From contig JBAMMA010000001.1 in NCBI GenBank assembly GCA_039794005.1, positions 32,001 through 96,000 on the forward strand: a DNA stretch of 64,000 bases. The letters run 5' to 3'. Position numbers and translations under genes: made by a program. Under the pieces are notes generated by a model that ran no database searches, had not been told where the DNA came from, and worked only from the letters and a program-made list of their open reading frames with translations. Origin of the DNA: Thermoplasmata archaeon. Its GTDB lineage: Archaea; Thermoplasmatota; Thermoplasmata; Thermoplasmatales; ARK-15. Of this stretch, positions 61,249-64,000 are shown one piece after another; position 1 is the stretch's first letter; each line of letters begins with the position of its first letter.

Positions 61249-63948
61249 GTGGAAGACGAATCTGTTTATGAAACTGTACGGAAATTAGGTATAGAAAAGC
61301 TTACAGATGATCAAGAAAAGGTATTTGATTACATACTCAAAGGAGATAACGTTCTTTTGGTTGCTCCAACTGGAAGTGGAAAAACAGAAGCATCCATTTT
61401 GCCAATAATGGAAAGATTGAGAAGAGAACCAAAACCAAAAATTCATGCTATTTTCGTTACACCTTTAAGGGCATTAAATAGGGATATTTATGAGAGATTG
61501 AAGAGATATGGAGAAAATATAGGGATTAAGGTATCCTTAAGACATGGAGATTCAACAGAATCAGAAAGAAGGGAAATGATTGAGGATCCTCCAGACATAT
61601 TAATAACGACACCCGAGACGTTACAAATAATGTATTCAGGAAAAAATTTGAGAAAATTATTGGAAAATGTGAAAACCATAATTATAGATGAAATTCATGA
61701 AATGGTAAGAGATGAAAGGGGTTGGCAATTTTCATTGTTAATTGAAAAGATATCTCATATGAATGGAAGATTGCAGAGAATTGGTTTATCTGCAACTGTG
61801 GGAAATGAAGAATTAATATCAAAATTTATGTCACCAAATGAGACAGTGAAAATATTCAAAAATTATAATGCAAAGATCATGGAAATAACAGTAACGGCTC
61901 CAGAAAAGGATTATGTTGAAGAAAGCGAAAAAATGATGACAGAAATAGACTACGGATCAGCAATAATGACGGCCTTAAACCTTGTTATGCAATCAAAATT
62001 GTCATTGATTTTTGTAAATACTAGGTTTACAGCAGAAGATATATCAATGAGATTGAATAAACTAGGTTTTGGTGATATTATTGGAATACATCATGGTTCA
62101 CTATCTAAGGAAATAAGAATACAGAATGAAAAATTATTAAAGGATGGTAAATTAAAATCTCTTATATGTACATCCAGTTTGGAGCTGGGAATTGATATTG
62201 GTGAAATAGATTTTATAATACAGTTTAATTCTCCAAGACAGGTATATAGATTAATACAGAGAATAGGTAGATCAGGCCATCGTTTTGACAAAATATCGAA
62301 GGGTACAATTGTTGCAAATGATCCTCTGGAAATAATAGAATCTGCATCAATTGTAGACCTTCAAAAAAAGGGCTGGATTGAGAACTTGGATATAAGGAAT
62401 AATTCGCTGGTTGTTTTGGCCAATCAAATAATAATGTGGACATATACGGAAAAAGAACTTTTGGCCGAAGAGGTATATTCAATAGTTAAAAATTCTTATC
62501 CTTTTAAAAATTTAGATATTGAGACATTTCACAGGCTATTGAATTTTCTATCTGAAATTAGACTAATAAGATTTGATGGAAAGTACATAAAAAATAGTGT
62601 AAAAACATTAGATTATTTTTACAATAATATTTCTTTAATACCCGATGAAAAAACATATGAAGTAATTGAATCTGGGACAGGCAGGTTTATAGGAACATTG
62701 GACGAATCTTTTGTTTCTCTAGAAATATATGAGGGAAATACATTTGTGATGAAGGGAATTACATGGAGGGTAAATGAAATTTCAGAAAATAGAATATATG
62801 TGGATTATGTGGAAGATGTTGGAAATGTGCCAAGATGGATAGGGGAAGATATTCCAGTCACATATGAAGTTGCACAAAATGCAAGAAGATTGTTAAATGA
62901 GAACATCATACCTGAATTTTTAAACGAATCTGCAAAGAAAAAGTTGCAAGAATTTTACAATAAATTCTCAGAAAAGGATTATGAAATATTAATTTCAAGG
63001 AATGGTCAAGACATAATTATTCTTGACTGGTATGGTACAAAGGTGAATGAAACTATCGGACTATATTTAACAACGGTATTGAGGAGCATGAATTATAACG
63101 TATCATATTCAATAACTCCCTTCAGTATAATTATTTCATCTGAGGATATTCTAATAGATGAAAAGAAAATAAAAGATATATTATTAAAAGATGAAGATAT
63201 TGAAAATATTATTAAAAGTGGAATAAGAACAAATAGAATATTTTTAAAAATATTTTTGTATGTTTCTAAGAAGTTTGGAATAATATCAAAGGATGCAGAG
63301 ATCACATCCATAAAATTCGAAAAGATTCTGGATGCATATCAAAACACTTTAATATATGAAGAAGCAATACAAAAGACATATTTCGATTATTTAGATATTC
63401 AAAGGACGATTGAAATTTTAAAAAATCTGAGAAATAATCCACAGAAGATAAAAATAAATCAGTTTAACGATCTTTTTGAAATATATTTAAAATATTTTGA
63501 AAGGAAGAGCAATAGGACAAAAATTACAAAAACGGTATTGCAGGCTGTAATGAAAAGGCTTGAAAATCAGGAATTAACATTTTTGTGTTTAAATTGCAAG
63601 GGTACATGGACTAAAAAGGTCTCGGATGTAAATTCTTTTAATTGCATATATTGTGGCTCTGTAAATATATCGGTAATTAAAAGATATGATAGGGATAAAC
63701 TTGAAATCCTCTTAAATGGACCCAGGAATAAAAAGGATGAAGAATTTTTACAGAAGTTAAGAAATATATCAAATCTCATAAAAATACATAAAAAGGAGGC
63801 CTTATTGACGTTGGCTGGACACGGAATAAATTATGATACAGCTTTAAGGATACTAAAGAATCCACATTCAGATATCATGTATTTAATTAAAGACATTGTT
63901 GAGGCCGAATTAAATTTCACAAGGAATAAAAAGTATTGGAAATTATAA
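61249..63948 (+). CDS. lhr: Lhr-like SF2 helicase
   Basis: APTGSGKT, PLRALN, TTPE, DEIH, SAT, HHGSLS, SSLELGIDIG, QRIGRSGH; C-terminal CxxC...CxxC. Confidence 0.93.
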   Translation: MEDESVYETVRKLGIEKLTDDQEKVFDYILKGDNVLLVAPTGSGKTEASILPIMERLRREPKPKIHAIFVTPLRALNRDIYERLKRYGENIGIKVSLRHGDSTESERREMIEDPPDILITTPETLQIMYSGKNLRKLLENVKTIIIDEIHEMVRDERGWQFSLLIEKISHMNGRLQRIGLSATVGNEELISKFMSPNETVKIFKNYNAKIMEITVTAPEKDYVEESEKMMTEIDYGSAIMTALNLVMQSKLSLIFVNTRFTAEDISMRLNKLGFGDIIGIHHGSLSKEIRIQNEKLLKDGKLKSLICTSSLELGIDIGEIDFIIQFNSPRQVYRLIQRIGRSGHRFDKISKGTIVANDPLEIIESASIVDLQKKGWIENLDIRNNSLVVLANQIIMWTYTEKELLAEEVYSIVKNSYPFKNLDIETFHRLLNFLSEIRLIRFDGKYIKNSVKTLDYFYNNISLIPDEKTYEVIESGTGRFIGTLDESFVSLEIYEGNTFVMKGITWRVNEISENRIYVDYVEDVGNVPRWIGEDIPVTYEVAQNARRLLNENIIPEFLNESAKKKLQEFYNKFSEKDYEILISRNGQDIIILDWYGTKVNETIGLYLTTVLRSMNYNVSYSITPFSIIISSEDILIDEKKIKDILLKDEDIENIIKSGIRTNRIFLKIFLYVSKKFGIISKDAEITSIKFEKILDAYQNTLIYEEAIQKTYFDYLDIQRTIEILKNLRNNPQKIKINQFNDLFEIYLKYFERKSNRTKITKTVLQAVMKRLENQELTFLCLNCKGTWTKKVSDVNSFNCIYCGSVNISVIKRYDRDKLEILLNGPRNKKDEEFLQKLRNISNLIKIHKKEALLTLAGHGINYDTALRILKNPHSDIMYLIKDIVEAELNFTRNKKYWKL

Positions 63949-64000
63949 TTTTATTTTTTTATTGTCGCACAATATTTCATATTCTTTTATTTCTATGTGT

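Noticed and set aside
24-63779. Many short antisense or nested ORFs in the six-frame track (for example 2406-2777, 3259-3489, 7283-7726, 37726-38166)
   Set aside because: They are shadows of well-supported genes or a tRNA on the other strand, with no motifs or RBS
1-64000. Genome-wide TAG recoding
   Set aside because: sucD, dnaJ, cobO and cysS end at TAG with family-typical C-termini, and sucD's TAG is followed directly by a tRNA
1-64000. CRISPR array, rRNA, provirus or DGR
   Set aside because: No regular repeat-spacer pattern, long GC-rich RNA gene, viral hallmark gene or reverse transcriptase seen

Overview
Gene-dense, very AT-rich archaeal chromosome segment. The gene content (aIF-1A/RIO1/KH cluster, Pop5, Cdc6/Orc1, RaSEA, Taw2, XerA, Lhr, grpE-dnaK-dnaJ, GTP-PEPCK) fits a member of the Thermoplasmata; this taxonomic call is an inference. 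Most of the window is housekeeping, with two tRNAs (Leu-UAA, Ser-GGA). The accessory block at about 7.9-28.5 kb is the most unusual part. It has (i) an effector-less STAND NTPase-TPR protein in a divergent module bracketed by two paralogous, unannotated ~142-aa helical proteins, and (ii) an apparently complete hddA-gmhA-gmhB-hddC heptose pathway plus a DUF2079-type membrane protein, head-to-head with two tandem ~1550-aa type IV pilin-like adhesins with a conserved stalk and divergent C-terminal tips. Other points: an AcnX small subunit fused to a Nudix hydrolase, an uncalled 58-aa ORF with a strong RBS and a palindromic operator, an MFS gene broken by one in-frame TAG, a catalytically degenerate TnpB, and a tRNA starting directly after the sucD stop codon. 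All calls come from reading motifs by eye; no database searches were run. Several starts were moved to the more plausible downstream ATG.
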